DNA of 64,000 bases, taken from contig CALBGI010000055.1 of NCBI GenBank assembly GCA_937893675.1, forward strand, positions 11,164 to 75,163, read 5' to 3'. The translations under genes were made by a program, and so were the position numbers. The notes under the pieces are model-generated. The model did not search any database. It worked only from the letters and a program-made list of their open reading frames with translations, and was not told the DNA's origin. Shown here in pieces: positions 1 to 10,525 of this stretch; position 1 is the stretch's first letter, and each line of letters opens with the position of its first letter. The DNA is from an uncultured Blautia sp. GTDB lineage: Bacteria; Bacillota; Clostridia; Lachnospirales; Lachnospiraceae.

Positions 1-608
1 TGCAGTCTGCGCTCAGCGAAGACGTGCAGGATACCTACAACATGGTTTCGGTGGACGGCGATACCTCCACCAATGACACCGTACTTCTTCTGGCAAACGG
101 AATGGCAGAGAATCCCTGTATTACAGAAAAAAATGAAGATTATGAGGAATTCAAAAAGGCTCTGAATTATGTGAATACAGCGCTTGCAAAAAAAATTGCC
201 GGAGACGGCGAGGGCGCAACCGCCTTGTTTGAGGTGAAAATTGTGGGGGCAGAGAGCAAGGAGCAGGCTGTGACGCTCAGCAAATCTGTAGTCACATCCT
301 CACTTACGAAGGCTGCAATTTACGGACATGACGCTAACTGGGGAAGAATTCTCTGCGCCATGGGATATTCCGGCGCGCAGTTTGATCCGGAAAAGGTGGA
401 CTTGTATTTTGAGAGTCGTGCAGGCAAGATCAAAATCATCGAAAACGGCGTATCTACAGGCTACAGCGAGGAGGAGGCGACCAGAATCCTTTCCGAGGAA
501 GTGGTGACCGCTGTTGCGGATATCAAAATGGGAAATGCAAGTGCAACAGCCTGGGGTTGCGACCTTACCTATGACTATGTGAAAATAAATGCAGATTATC
601 GTTCATAA
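1..608 (+). CDS. argJ: Bifunctional ornithine acetyltransferase/N-acetylglutamate synthase, 5'-truncated by the window edge
   Basis: [22 protein letters not shown] and [16 protein letters not shown] motifs; frame is open from the window start; precedes argB/argD. Confidence 0.95.
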   Translation, partial: QSALSEDVQDTYNMVSVDGDTSTNDTVLLLANGMAENPCITEKNEDYEEFKKALNYVNTALAKKIAGDGEGATALFEVKIVGAESKEQAVTLSKSVVTSSLTKAAIYGHDANWGRILCAMGYSGAQFDPEKVDLYFESRAGKIKIIENGVSTGYSEEEATRILSEEVVTAVADIKMGNASATAWGCDLTYDYVKINADYRS

Positions 609-618
609 GGAGGATATT

Positions 619-1512
619 ATGGTTAAGCAGAAATATCTGGAAAAAGCAGAGGTCCTCATTGAGGCGCTGCCTTATATTCAGCGGTTTAACCGCAAGATCG
701 TGGTGATCAAATACGGCGGAAGCGCTATGCTGGATGAGGAATTAAAGCGCAATGTCATTGAAGACGCAGTTCTTTTGAAGCTTGTGGGTTTTAAGCCGAT
801 CATTGTACATGGCGGCGGAAAGGAAATCAGCCGCTGGGTGGCAAAGGTTGGAATGAAGCCGCAGTTTATCAATGGCCTGCGGGTAACGGATGCGGAAACG
901 ATGGAAATTGCAGAAATGGTGCTTGGAAAAGTGAACAAGGAACTTGTTACACTTGTGCAGTCACTTGGTGTAAAGGCCGTGGGCATCAGCGGAAAAGACG
1001 GAGGCTTGCTGCAGTGCACAAAGAAGAAGTGCGCGGACGGAGATATCGGTTTTGTGGGAGAAGTTACAAAAGTAGAGCCGCAGGTGCTGTATGATCTGTT
1101 GGAGAAGGATTTTCTTCCGATTGTATTTCCTGTAGGATATGATGACAGTTTTCAGTCCTATAATATCAATGCGGATGATGTGGCCTGTGCCATTGCAGAG
1201 GCAATGCACGCGGAAAAGCTTGCTTTTTTGTCGGATATCGAGGGCGTTTACAAGGACCAGAATGATCCGGAGACGCTCATATCCGAGCTGCATGTATCAG
1301 AAGCGGAGAAGCTTATTGAGGAAGGTTATGTAGGCGGCGGGATGATTCCAAAGCTTCGCAACTGTATCAACGCCATTGAAGAAGGGGTAAAACGCGTACA
1401 TATTCTGGACGGCAGGATTCCACACAGCCTTCTGCTGGAGGTGTTTACAAATCAGGGGATCGGTACGGCTATTTTGAGGGAGGACGGAGAAAAATACAAT
1501 GAACATGAATGA
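619..1512 (+). CDS. argB: Acetylglutamate kinase
   Basis: VIKYGG, VHGGG, NINAD, GGMIPK motifs; AGGAGG RBS before ATG 619. Confidence 0.96.
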   Translation: MVKQKYLEKAEVLIEALPYIQRFNRKIVVIKYGGSAMLDEELKRNVIEDAVLLKLVGFKPIIVHGGGKEISRWVAKVGMKPQFINGLRVTDAETMEIAEMVLGKVNKELVTLVQSLGVKAVGISGKDGGLLQCTKKKCADGDIGFVGEVTKVEPQVLYDLLEKDFLPIVFPVGYDDSFQSYNINADDVACAIAEAMHAEKLAFLSDIEGVYKDQNDPETLISELHVSEAEKLIEEGYVGGGMIPKLRNCINAIEEGVKRVHILDGRIPHSLLLEVFTNQGIGTAILREDGEKYNEHE

Positions 1513-2689
1513 ACAGATGCAGGCAGCGGAGGCCAACATTCTTCATACCTATAATCGTTTCCCGGTTGTGTTTACGCGGGGAGAGGGATGTTATCTATAC
1601 GATTCGGAAGGAAAGAAATATCTGGATTTTGCAGCTGGAATCGCAGTGAATTCTCTGGGATATCATTATCCAGGATATGACGAGGCATTAAAAAATCAGA
1701 TTGACTGCCTTACCCATGTATCTAATTTGTATTATAACGAACCAATGATTGAGGCAGGGGCCAAGCTTGCCCTTGCCAGTTGTATGGACAAGGTGTTTTT
1801 TACCAACAGCGGTACGGAAGCCATTGAGGGTGCGCTGAAAGCGGCGAAAAAATATGCTTACGAAAAAACCGGACATGCAGACCATGAAATAATTGCCATG
1901 CACCATTCGTTTCATGGAAGAACGGTGGGCGCGTTGTCCGTCACGGGCACAGACCATTACCGCGAGCCCTTCTATCCTTTGATGGGCGGTGTGAAATTTG
2001 CAGATTTTAATGACTTGGATAGCGTAAAAGCACAGCTTACAGACAAAACCTGTGCGATCATTACGGAGGTCGTGCAGGGAGAGGGCGGAATATATCCGGC
2101 AGATAAGGCGTTTCTGGAAGGTCTGCGGAAACTTTGCGATGAGAGAGACATGCTGTTGATCTTTGACGAAGTACAGTGTGGTATGGGACGGACCGGACAC
2201 TATTTCGCATGGCAGGAATACGGCGTGCAGCCGGATATTATGGCGTGTGCAAAAGCGCTTGGCTGCGGGGTTCCGGTGGGAGCCTTTGCGCTGAATGAAA
2301 AAGCGGCGAAGGCATCTTTAAAGCCGGGCGATCACGGCACCACTTATGGAGGGAACCCTTTTGCCTGTGCGGCTGTAAGCAGAGTGTTTGACATTTTTGA
2401 AAAAGATGGGATTCTTTCACATGTACGGGAGCTGACACCTTATCTGGAGGAAAAACTGGACGAACTTGTGCAGAAGTGTGAATGTGTTGCTGCAAGACGT
2501 GGAAAAGGGTTTATGCAGGGGCTTGTAATTTCCGGCCGGCCGGTAGGAGATGTAGTGAAAAAAGCGCTGGAAAACGGCTTGCTGGTAATTTCGGCGGGAA
2601 GCGATGTACTGCGTCTTGTACCGCCGCTGATTATCAGCAAGAAGCATATCGACGAGATGGCAGCTCTGCTGGAAGAATGTTTAAAATAA
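1499..2689 (+). CDS. argD: Acetylornithine aminotransferase (class III PLP)
   Basis: [37 protein letters not shown] motifs; arg operon context. Confidence 0.93.
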   Translation: MNMNEQMQAAEANILHTYNRFPVVFTRGEGCYLYDSEGKKYLDFAAGIAVNSLGYHYPGYDEALKNQIDCLTHVSNLYYNEPMIEAGAKLALASCMDKVFFTNSGTEAIEGALKAAKKYAYEKTGHADHEIIAMHHSFHGRTVGALSVTGTDHYREPFYPLMGGVKFADFNDLDSVKAQLTDKTCAIITEVVQGEGGIYPADKAFLEGLRKLCDERDMLLIFDEVQCGMGRTGHYFAWQEYGVQPDIMACAKALGCGVPVGAFALNEKAAKASLKPGDHGTTYGGNPFACAAVSRVFDIFEKDGILSHVRELTPYLEEKLDELVQKCECVAARRGKGFMQGLVISGRPVGDVVKKALENGLLVISAGSDVLRLVPPLIISKKHIDEMAALLEECLK

Positions 2690-2705
2690 ATACAGTGTGC
2701 AGAAT

Positions 2706-2748
2706 AAAAACTCTTGGAAGACGCAAAAAGGCGTTTTCAAGAGTTTTT
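2706..2748. terminator. Bidirectional intrinsic terminator
   Basis: AAAAACTCTTGGAAGACGC/GCGTTTTCAAGAGTTTTT inverted repeat between convergent genes. Confidence 0.8.
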
Positions 2749-2751
2749 GTT

Positions 2752-3129
2752 TTAGCCGAGAATATGTTTTTTTAAGGCATCAAAGGTTTCCTGACTGATG
2801 TCGTGCTCTACTTTGCAGGCATCCACGGAGGCAGTCTGCGGATCGACACCCAGGCTTACCAGCCAGTTTGCGAGCACCGTGTGCCGTTCAAAGGTACGTG
2901 TGGCAAGTGCTTTTCCGTCTGTTGTGAGGGAAATATAGCCTTCTTCTGATACAGTGATGAATTTCCGATTCCGCAGGTTTTTCATGGCAACGCTCACGCT
3001 TGGTTTGGAGTATCCAAGTTCTGTGGCGATATCAACGGAACGTACTGCCGGCAGACGCTGGCTCAGTATATAAATAGTCTCCAGATAGTCTTCAACGGAC
3101 TCTTCGGACTTATGACTTACATATCCCAT
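2752..3129 (-). CDS. DtxR/MntR-family metal-dependent transcriptional regulator
   Basis: ESVEDYLETI, SKPSVS, ERH, DACKVEH motifs; GGAGG RBS upstream of ATG 3129. Confidence 0.9.
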   Translation of the reverse strand: MGYVSHKSEESVEDYLETIYILSQRLPAVRSVDIATELGYSKPSVSVAMKNLRNRKFITVSEEGYISLTTDGKALATRTFERHTVLANWLVSLGVDPQTASVDACKVEHDISQETFDALKKHILG

Positions 3130-3307
3130 AGAAAACACCTCCTGTTCTAAACAAGATTATTCTCTAACATGTTACCATCTTGTATGGAAAAAAGCAAGTG
3201 AAGCTGTCCGGATGAATGCAGTTGCCAGACAGGTGTTCATCTTGTATAATATGAGAAAATCAGAGTATAAAATTTTAAGATTCAGCCAGAGGAAAGGAGC
3301 GTCCGGA

Positions 3308-3466
3308 ATGTCTTCGATTTTGGGGAATGGCATTGTACTTGTGGTGCTGTGTGTGTCCGTAGGCGCAGCGATACGTTCTATGGTGAAAAAAAGAAAGCAG
3401 GGTGGCTGTTGCGGATGCGCCGGCTGCCGGGATTGCGGAGAAAGCTGTAAGAAAAAAGCCAGATAA
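3308..3466 (+). CDS. FeoB-associated Cys-rich small membrane protein
   Basis: Single hydrophobic helix, basic linker, GGCCGCAGCRDC tail; AAAGGAG RBS; divergent from the metal regulator. Confidence 0.75.
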   Translation: MSSILGNGIVLVVLCVSVGAAIRSMVKKRKQGGCCGCAGCRDCGESCKKKAR

Positions 3467-3534
3467 GCTGACCGGTATTATGGATCTGACAATGCCGGTG
3501 AAGCGTACAGTCAGCATACAAAAGGGGGAAAAAT

Positions 3535-4149
3535 ATGGGAACAATACATAATGTGGAAAAAATGACGGATACCAGGTTTGTAAACCTGTATTGTGTGAAG
3601 GCAACAAGCGTACATGGGAAGGACTTGGATTATTTTGTGGCATCCAGAGCGGAAAGCGCGGAAAAGATGAAGCTGAAAACCAGAAAAAATACGCCGGACG
3701 GAGTGATCATTTACAGTATTTGCGGAGAAAAAAAAGACAAGGTAGTACTGGTACGGCAGTTTCGATATACCATAGGAGATTATGTATATGAATTTCCGGC
3801 AGGTCTGGTGGAGCCGGGGGAAGATTTTCATCAGGCGGCAGTGCGGGAAATGTACGAGGAAACAGGACTTTCGTTTTTGCCGCTGGAAGTGGATGGCTCC
3901 TACGAAAAGCCATGTTTTACTACCGTAGGGCTGACAGACGAATCCTGTGCCACCGTTTATGGGTACGCAACAGGGGAAATCAGTACAGATGCGCAGGAGG
4001 ATACGGAGGAAATAGAAGTGGTGCTGGCAGACCGGGAGGAAGTAAAACGGATTCTCAGAGAAGAGAAGGTTGCAATCATGTGTGCATACATGTTGATGCA
4101 TTTTCTGAAGGATGAAGATCCATTTGGATTTTTGGAAGAGCTCTGCTGA
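3535..4149 (+). CDS. Nudix hydrolase (ADP-ribose pyrophosphatase-like)
   Basis: Nudix box GLVEPGEDFHQAAVREMYEETG; VLVRQFR. Confidence 0.9.
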   Translation: MGTIHNVEKMTDTRFVNLYCVKATSVHGKDLDYFVASRAESAEKMKLKTRKNTPDGVIIYSICGEKKDKVVLVRQFRYTIGDYVYEFPAGLVEPGEDFHQAAVREMYEETGLSFLPLEVDGSYEKPCFTTVGLTDESCATVYGYATGEISTDAQEDTEEIEVVLADREEVKRILREEKVAIMCAYMLMHFLKDEDPFGFLEELC

Positions 4150-4180
4150 AGATTTGGTCAATATCTGTATGAAATATGTC

Positions 4181-4213
4181 AATAAGGGAGTGGAAATCCA
4201 CTCCTTTATTTTT
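4181..4213. terminator. Bidirectional intrinsic terminator
   Basis: AATAAGGGAGTGG-AAAT-CCACTCCTTTATTTTT between convergent genes. Confidence 0.75.
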
Positions 4214-4231
4214 TATGCTATAAAAGCTGTA

Positions 4232-5173
4232 TCAATATTCTTTCAGGAGTTTTTCCGGAGACTGCAGGAGGCTGGAGTCGTTGTGTTTTTTCAGATAGCT
4301 ACGAGGCGTTTGTCCCGTTCTGTCGTGAAAGGCAGCGGAAAAGCGACTGGGGCTGCTGAAGCCGCAGAGACCGGAAATCTGAGTGACAGAAAAACGTCCG
4401 TCTTCAAGCAGAGAGAAGCTTTTGCTGACGCGGTATTCTGTCAGATACTGAGAGATTGTCTGGCCTGTCATGCGTTTGAAGAAACGACAGCAGGCTTCTC
4501 TTGTGAGATGTATCTTGTCTGCCAGTTCGCGAAGAGAGATATTGTGACTATAGTGCAGGTGCAGATATTCCAGAAGAATGGAGAGCCTTCGCAGATCATC
4601 CTGGCTGGAAAGTGCCAAGCACTGTGAAAATTTATGGTTTCGTGTAAAAATTTCAAAGAAAAGATCACAGAGAAGGCTTTTGATTTTCAGCTCGTAGCCA
4701 AAAGGCTTCTGTGTGAAATATCGGTCGGCTGCCTCCAGTTGTGCAAGACATGTTTTCATCCAGCTGCATTCCGGATCCAGAAGCAGGCAGGGGTATCTTC
4801 GGTTGTGAAGAAAAGGTCGAAAGTAGGTTGTTTCCATACTGCTTCCTGGATGATCGTAGAGGAAAACCGGCTGTATGATGACGGTGAGCAGGCTGACGCG
4901 GCTTCCGGGGATCGGGACAGCGCTGTGCGGGACATCGCTGTTGATAAGCAGCCCCTGTCCAGGTGTGAGGATATGACTTTTGTTGCGTATCTGATATCGA
5001 ATATACCCTTGTTGGACAAGAACAAGTTCAAGGTCATCGTGCCAGTGACAGGGAATGGAGTTTTCCTCAAAAGTCCACAATTGATCGTGATGGACGGTCA
5101 TGGGAAATTCAGAGGTGCCATGAATGCAGAGTTCTTTTTGATACGGATCTACTTGTATGGTTCTTTTGCTCAT
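4232..5173 (-). CDS. AraC-family transcriptional regulator with cupin sensor domain
   Basis: PCHWHDDLEL cupin motif; C-terminal double HTH (CGFSSPSRFSAAF...TP). Confidence 0.92.
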   Translation of the reverse strand: MSKRTIQVDPYQKELCIHGTSEFPMTVHHDQLWTFEENSIPCHWHDDLELVLVQQGYIRYQIRNKSHILTPGQGLLINSDVPHSAVPIPGSRVSLLTVIIQPVFLYDHPGSSMETTYFRPFLHNRRYPCLLLDPECSWMKTCLAQLEAADRYFTQKPFGYELKIKSLLCDLFFEIFTRNHKFSQCLALSSQDDLRRLSILLEYLHLHYSHNISLRELADKIHLTREACCRFFKRMTGQTISQYLTEYRVSKSFSLLEDGRFSVTQISGLCGFSSPSRFSAAFHDRTGQTPRSYLKKHNDSSLLQSPEKLLKEY

Positions 5174-5261
5174 AAGAATCCTTTCAAAGACAAGTGGTTT
5201 GTTGTTTACTCATTATAAGAGAGAAAATGTGACTTTTCAAGAAAAATGAGAGGGGACTATC

Positions 5262-6638
5262 ATGAAAAAAGAAAATAGCGGAAAACAGGATTTGACGGCA
5301 GGAAGTCCTTTTGGGGTACTGCTGAGATTTGCGCTTCCGGTCATAGGAGGGAATCTGTTCCAACTGTTTTATACATTGGCAGATTCTGTGATTGTGGGAA
5401 AAACACTGGGGGCAAATGCATTGGCAGCCGTTGGCTCGACAAGCATTATTATCTATTTTGTGCTTTGCTTTATCCAGGGGTTTACCAATGGGTTGGGAAT
5501 TTGTCTCGGACAGAGGTTTGGGGCGAAGGACAGAGATGGGATGAAGAAAAGTATTGCAGCATCGGTTGTTTTATGTCTTGGCATTACCGTAGTGATCACT
5601 CTTGTATGTTGTATGTTTTCATGGGAAATTCTGGACATGATGAAAACACCGGAGGATATCCGCGCACAGGCATATGAATACATGTTTGTTGTTCTCCTGG
5701 GAACAGGCGCGACGGTGTTTTACAATATGATCTCCAACATTCTGCGTGCGCTTGGCGACAGCAGGACGCCGCTTTATTTTCTGGTGTTTTCTTCTGTTTT
5801 GAATGTGATACTGGATCTTGTTTTTATTGTGCCTTTGAAAATGGGCGTTGCGGGAGCGGCCTGGGCGACGGTACTTTCCCAGCTGGCAGCGGCGGTATGC
5901 TGCTTAGCGGCCGGGCTTCAATCCTTTGAAACGCTGCACCTTTGCACTGCGGATTTTCAGGGGATGGGGAAGCAGATGCAGTTCCATCTGAAAACGGCAT
6001 TTCCCATGGGATTTCAAATGTCTGTCATGTGTATCGGACAGCTTGCCATGCAGGCGGCAGTAAACGCGCTTGGAACAGCAGCGGTAGCGGGATATACAGC
6101 GGCTACGAAGGCAGATCAGGTTTCTGTTCTGGTAAACAATGCTATGGGAACAGCCATTTCCAATTATGTTGCGCAGAATTACGGAGCAGGACAAATGGAA
6201 AGGATAAAAAAGGGGGTGCGCGCCGCTTTGATCCAGACAGAAGCACTCAATGTGATGATGTGCGCAGGGATTCTTCTGCTCCGGGAGCCACTTGTAAGCT
6301 TGTTTATTACAGAGCCGTCTGCCGAGATTGTGCGTTATTCCAATGGCTATCTTCAGGTTGTAGCGCCTTTTTATGTGATTCTCGGACTGCTTTTGGTGTA
6401 CCGTACAACCATACAGAGTATGCAGAATGCAGCGGCGCCTTTTGCAGCTTGTATGATAGAGCTGGCAATGCGGATTGGAAGTACCATGATACTTGTGAAG
6501 GTTGTTGGTTATACGGGAGTGGCGCTCGCCAGTCCGCTGGCGTGGATTGGGGCGTGTCTGCTTCTGATACCGGTGTATTATCGAATGGAGAGAGGAAAGA
6601 ATAAGAGGGGCAAAAGCAGAGAAAAAATTGCTGAGTGA
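5262..6638 (+). CDS. MATE-family efflux transporter
   Basis: GNLFQLFYTLAD, LRALGDSRTPL, GVAGAAWAT motifs; about 12 hydrophobic segments. Confidence 0.92.
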   Translation: MKKENSGKQDLTAGSPFGVLLRFALPVIGGNLFQLFYTLADSVIVGKTLGANALAAVGSTSIIIYFVLCFIQGFTNGLGICLGQRFGAKDRDGMKKSIAASVVLCLGITVVITLVCCMFSWEILDMMKTPEDIRAQAYEYMFVVLLGTGATVFYNMISNILRALGDSRTPLYFLVFSSVLNVILDLVFIVPLKMGVAGAAWATVLSQLAAAVCCLAAGLQSFETLHLCTADFQGMGKQMQFHLKTAFPMGFQMSVMCIGQLAMQAAVNALGTAAVAGYTAATKADQVSVLVNNAMGTAISNYVAQNYGAGQMERIKKGVRAALIQTEALNVMMCAGILLLREPLVSLFITEPSAEIVRYSNGYLQVVAPFYVILGLLLVYRTTIQSMQNAAAPFAACMIELAMRIGSTMILVKVVGYTGVALASPLAWIGACLLLIPVYYRMERGKNKRGKSREKIAE

Positions 6639-6709
6639 GTGTGCATTGTCTTTTGTTTTTTTCAATGGTACAATTAAGAAAAAATAGGGAACAGAAATGG
6701 AGACTCAAT

Positions 6710-7750
6710 ATGATTACAATGTCAGATGTGGCAAAAGCGGCAAATGTATCTGTTATGACTGTATCTAGGGTTTTAAATAACAGCGGTTATGTAAAAAAAG
6801 AAACGCGAGAGGCGATTGAAAAGGCCATTAAAGAGCTGGATTACAGACCTAATTTGATAGCTAAGAGTTTGGTGACAGGTAAAAGCAAAATCATAGCGTA
6901 TGTCTTATCTGATATCAGTGATCAATTTTATGGAAGTGTATGTAAAGGCGTAGAAAGCGTTTGCTTTGAAAGAGGATATACTGCTCTGATATGTAATGCA
7001 GAAGCAACAGGAAGTGTAGAGAAATATATTGACATGATAGCGGACCGTAAATTGGATGGGGTTATTTTTCATCATCTTCCCGTAAGTCTGCAGCAGATTC
7101 AATGGTTGGAGGAACAGGGAATCCAATGTATTACTGTGGATAATGAATTTGAACTGGAAGATGTAAGTAGCCTTGACAGTGACGACTATATGGGGGCTTT
7201 TCGAGCCGTAGAGTATTTGAGGGAACGGGGATATTCCCAAATTGCATGCATATGCGGAGAGGACACTTGTTCAAGGAATCCAAAGAGCGCTTATTTGGAA
7301 CAATATCAACATAAAATCTGGGAGAAAAGAACATTGGGTTATCTTGCCGGATTAAAAAAAGAAGGAATTGATAGTGCCGGTATTTATTATGGCAGGGGAT
7401 CTGCAGAAATGCAGACGAGTTTTGAAAGTGGAAGAAATGCAATGGAAGAACTGCTGAAGGCTGAAAAAAGAGCAGACGCAGTGTATTGTCAAAGTGATAT
7501 TTTGGCGTTGGGGGCGGCAGACGTTTTGTATCGAAGAGAAAACTTTATTCAAAATAAAATTGCGATTATGGGGCACGATGGTCTGGATATTTGTAGATTG
7601 CGGTATCCGCATATTTCAACAGTAGTGCAACCTAAATATGAGATGGGCATTGAGGCGGCGAAGATGTTGCTGGATAAAATACAGAACAGTAGCATAGGAA
7701 TAGAACACAAGATTCTAAAAAGCTATATTTATAGAGGAGATACTTGTTGA
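6710..7750 (+). CDS. LacI-family transcriptional regulator (island regulator 1)
   Basis: TMSDVAKAANVSVMTVSRVLN HTH, YRPN hinge, PBP-like effector domain; ATG 6710 after GGAG. Confidence 0.93.
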   Translation: MITMSDVAKAANVSVMTVSRVLNNSGYVKKETREAIEKAIKELDYRPNLIAKSLVTGKSKIIAYVLSDISDQFYGSVCKGVESVCFERGYTALICNAEATGSVEKYIDMIADRKLDGVIFHHLPVSLQQIQWLEEQGIQCITVDNEFELEDVSSLDSDDYMGAFRAVEYLRERGYSQIACICGEDTCSRNPKSAYLEQYQHKIWEKRTLGYLAGLKKEGIDSAGIYYGRGSAEMQTSFESGRNAMEELLKAEKRADAVYCQSDILALGAADVLYRRENFIQNKIAIMGHDGLDICRLRYPHISTVVQPKYEMGIEAAKMLLDKIQNSSIGIEHKILKSYIYRGDTC

Positions 7751-7790
7751 TACATAAGAGAATTTAGAAAATTTAGAAATTAAAAATATA

Positions 7791-7819
7791 TTGACAAAAT
7801 ACAAAGTGCATGTTAGCAT
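7791..7819 (+). promoter_or_regulatory. Sigma-A promoter for the first M24-fold gene
   Basis: TTGACA(7791)-17 bp-TAGCAT(7814) with extended -10 TG. Confidence 0.7.
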
Positions 7820-7829
7820 GAAGACATAA

Positions 7830-7911
7830 ATGTTAGCGATAACATTGCAGCTGATTCAAAGGGGATGTGAAATCTCCTAATATTTTTACACAAAAGTGTT
7901 AACGATAACAT
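7830..7911. promoter_or_regulatory. Two LacI-type operators TGTTAnCGATAACA (7831-7844, 7897-7910)
   Basis: Near-palindromes with central CG, 66 bp apart, downstream of the promoter. Confidence 0.75.
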
Positions 7912-8001
7912 AATGGAGGGATGAGAAAAAGAAGATTGAAAAATTGGATTGTGGTAAAAGAAAAAATAAGGTATTGAAAAATTGATCAAAGGAGAAGGAA
8001 T

Positions 8002-9183
8002 ATGCGTAAAATATGTATACCAAAAGAAGAGTTTCAGCAGAGAATTTGTAATTTGAGAGAGAAGATGAAAGCAGAGAATCTTGATATTTTGTTTGTGTAT
8101 GGGGATGAATACAGAAAGGAAAACTTGAGATATGTTTCTAATTACTGGCCGATTTTTGAGCGGGGTGGCATGTTTTTGGAAGTTGAGAGAGATCCTGTTG
8201 TTTTATGTGCTCCGGAGGGTGAGCAGGTAGCAAGAGAAATGAGTGTATGGGATGATGTGAGAATGCTACCAGATTTTTTATGTGTAACAGTTCCGGATAC
8301 AATTGACTATCCACAGGCGCATTATACTAGCTTTCAGTCTTTGGCAGAAGAAATAGGTGGCGGAATTAATAAAAAATTGGGAATTGTTGGAATGGATGCG
8401 ATGCCCGCTAGCCTTTTGCGTGTGATAGAAGATGCATTTCAGAGTGAAATTGTGGATGCCAATAGCATTTTATATGAATTGAGAAAAACAAAAACAGAGA
8501 ATGAGATTGCTTGTTTACAGGAGGCGGCCAGAATTGCTGATGAAAGTATGAAGACAATTATGCAGGCGGATATTATCGGAAAAACAGAAAGGGCAGTTTG
8601 CGGAATAGCGGAAGGAAAAGCGAGAGAAGAGGGAGCCGAGCATATCATTTTTACAGTATTTGGATCCGGCGCTAGGACGGCAACAATTGTAGGGCGTCCA
8701 ACAGAAAAGAGAATTGAAGATGGCGATATGATTATGTTTGCTTTAGCAGTACAGTATGAAGGGTACGTGGCGACTTGTGAAGCGCCTTTTGCTGTGGGAA
8801 CCCCAAGTGAACAGACAAAACGAGTGATTGATGTACTGATACATGCCAGTGCGGCAGGTCTTCCGCATTTAAAAGCAGGTCTTCCGATGAAAGAATTTGT
8901 GAAGGCCGTAAGAAAGTATTTCAGAGATGAAGGGTTAGAAGAATATGATGTATATCCACCTCTTCATGGAATTGGATGTGCAGAAGCTGAGAGCCCTTAT
9001 CCAGATGAAACTACAGAACAGATATTTGAGGAAGGAATGACGGTAAACACAGATATTAGTTTGTTTGGATTGCCGGGAGGATCCTGCAGGATAGAGGAAG
9101 GATTTGTCATTACACGTGATGGAGCAAAGACATTATCTCCATTCGTGCGAAAGTATTGCGAAAATTGGCTGAAAAATAAATAG
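8002..9183 (+). CDS. M24 (aminopeptidase P/creatinase-fold) hydrolase with non-canonical metal site
   Basis: Creatinase_N-like N-terminus, LRKTKTENEI, HGIG, RIEEG; the two Asp ligand positions are substituted. Confidence 0.85.
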   Translation: MRKICIPKEEFQQRICNLREKMKAENLDILFVYGDEYRKENLRYVSNYWPIFERGGMFLEVERDPVVLCAPEGEQVAREMSVWDDVRMLPDFLCVTVPDTIDYPQAHYTSFQSLAEEIGGGINKKLGIVGMDAMPASLLRVIEDAFQSEIVDANSILYELRKTKTENEIACLQEAARIADESMKTIMQADIIGKTERAVCGIAEGKAREEGAEHIIFTVFGSGARTATIVGRPTEKRIEDGDMIMFALAVQYEGYVATCEAPFAVGTPSEQTKRVIDVLIHASAAGLPHLKAGLPMKEFVKAVRKYFRDEGLEEYDVYPPLHGIGCAEAESPYPDETTEQIFEEGMTVNTDISLFGLPGGSCRIEEGFVITRDGAKTLSPFVRKYCENWLKNK

Positions 9184-9248
9184 AAATTTAAAATAATACA
9201 GAACAGACAATAAATTTGAAAGTTTTATAGTGATAGTACAAATAATTC

Positions 9249-9297
9249 TTGCGTTATGTACTCGAGTATAGTATAATCTAAATATACTCGAGTACAT
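9249..9297 (+). promoter_or_regulatory. Sigma-A promoter with two TACTCGAGTA-core LacI-type operators
   Basis: TTGCGT(9249)-17 bp-TATAAT(9272); ATGTACTCGAGTATA in the spacer and ATATACTCGAGTACAT at 9282-9297. Confidence 0.8.
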
Positions 9298-9398
9298 GAA
9301 CGTGAATATTTGTTTTTAGAGCAGAGGGGAGGGAAAATAGAAAAGAAGTACAGGAAACCTGACAACAAAAGAACCGATTAAATGCACAGGAGGATGTA

Positions 9399-10433
9399 AT
9401 GATGAAGAGAAGAGCAACATTGTTGGCAGTAATTTCAGCTATTACTTTATTCGGAGGAACCGCACAGACGGCATGGGCGGAAGAGGCAGAAGGGCTCAAA
9501 GATTTTACCATTGGTTATGCGGGGTTGGATGAGTCGCAGGAACATTTGATACCGGTTGGAGATAATATCGAAGAAGTGGCTAAGCAAAAAAGTGAAGAAT
9601 TGGGTATTGATATAAAAGTTATCCGCGTAGATAATGCAGGAGATGGAGCGAAGGCCGTAGAAAATGTGGATAATCTGATCTTGCAGGGAATAGATGTACT
9701 TGTAGAATTCAACAGCGACTCTGCAGTAAATGATACTATCTGGGAGAAATGTCAGGACGCAGGAATTCCTGTAATGGCTGTTGACATTCCGGTAGGTGAA
9801 GCGCCTTATATGGGGGCTAACAATGCATTAGCTGGTCAGTTATGTGGGGAAGCATTAGGTAATATGGTGAACGAACAGTGGGATGGTCAGATTGATGCTG
9901 TATTATTTGAACATACTCCCGAAGCGGGGGAGGTTGTGCAGACGAGAATGGACAGCATTTTGACTGGTCTTGCAGAGACGACACAATATTCAGAGGAAGA
10001 ACTTGCAGAAATGACCACAACGGTTTCTATGAAAGATGATGCGATTCTTGCGCAGCAATTGTGTGCAGATTTTCTGACAGCAAATCCGGATAAGACACAT
10101 ATTGTTATTGGATCAATTAATGATATTGGAGCACAGGGAGCCTTTGCGGCAGTTCAGGCAGCTGGAAGAGAAGATGATGTGTTTATTGTAAATCATGGAG
10201 TATCTGTTTCTACAAGAGAGAACATTTATCAGCAAGTGAAAGAAGGAGAACCAAATTGTTGGCGAGGAGGGGTTTCTTATTTCCTGGAGAGATATGGGGA
10301 GTATATTGTACCGGGGTGTATTGAATTAGTACAAGGAAAAACTCCGGACCCCGAAAGCCTTTTGATGGATCATGTGTATATTGATATGAATAATATTGAG
10401 GAATGGTATCCTCAGGCTGAGTGGGCGCAGTAG
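9399..10433 (+). CDS. Sugar-type ABC transporter substrate-binding protein (RbsB/CUT2-like)
   Basis: Sec signal peptide, AGIPVMAVD, N..AG..G, GSINDIGAQGA; clustered with CUT2 ATPase/permease. Confidence 0.88.
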   Translation: MMKRRATLLAVISAITLFGGTAQTAWAEEAEGLKDFTIGYAGLDESQEHLIPVGDNIEEVAKQKSEELGIDIKVIRVDNAGDGAKAVENVDNLILQGIDVLVEFNSDSAVNDTIWEKCQDAGIPVMAVDIPVGEAPYMGANNALAGQLCGEALGNMVNEQWDGQIDAVLFEHTPEAGEVVQTRMDSILTGLAETTQYSEEELAEMTTTVSMKDDAILAQQLCADFLTANPDKTHIVIGSINDIGAQGAFAAVQAAGREDDVFIVNHGVSVSTRENIYQQVKEGEPNCWRGGVSYFLERYGEYIVPGCIELVQGKTPDPESLLMDHVYIDMNNIEEWYPQAEWAQ

Positions 10434-10448
10434 CTGTTATATGAAGAT

Positions 10449-10478
10449 TCTGCCGTGGAGATGTTTCTTCACGGCAGA
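10449..10478 (+). other. Stem-loop after the SBP gene (mRNA stabiliser or partial terminator)
   Basis: TCTGCCGTGGAG...TTCACGGCAGA inverted repeat without a U-tail. Confidence 0.6.
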
Positions 10479-10525
10479 TATGACTGGGAGAATTCAATGA
10501 GGTATAAAAGATTGGGGGAAAAAAC

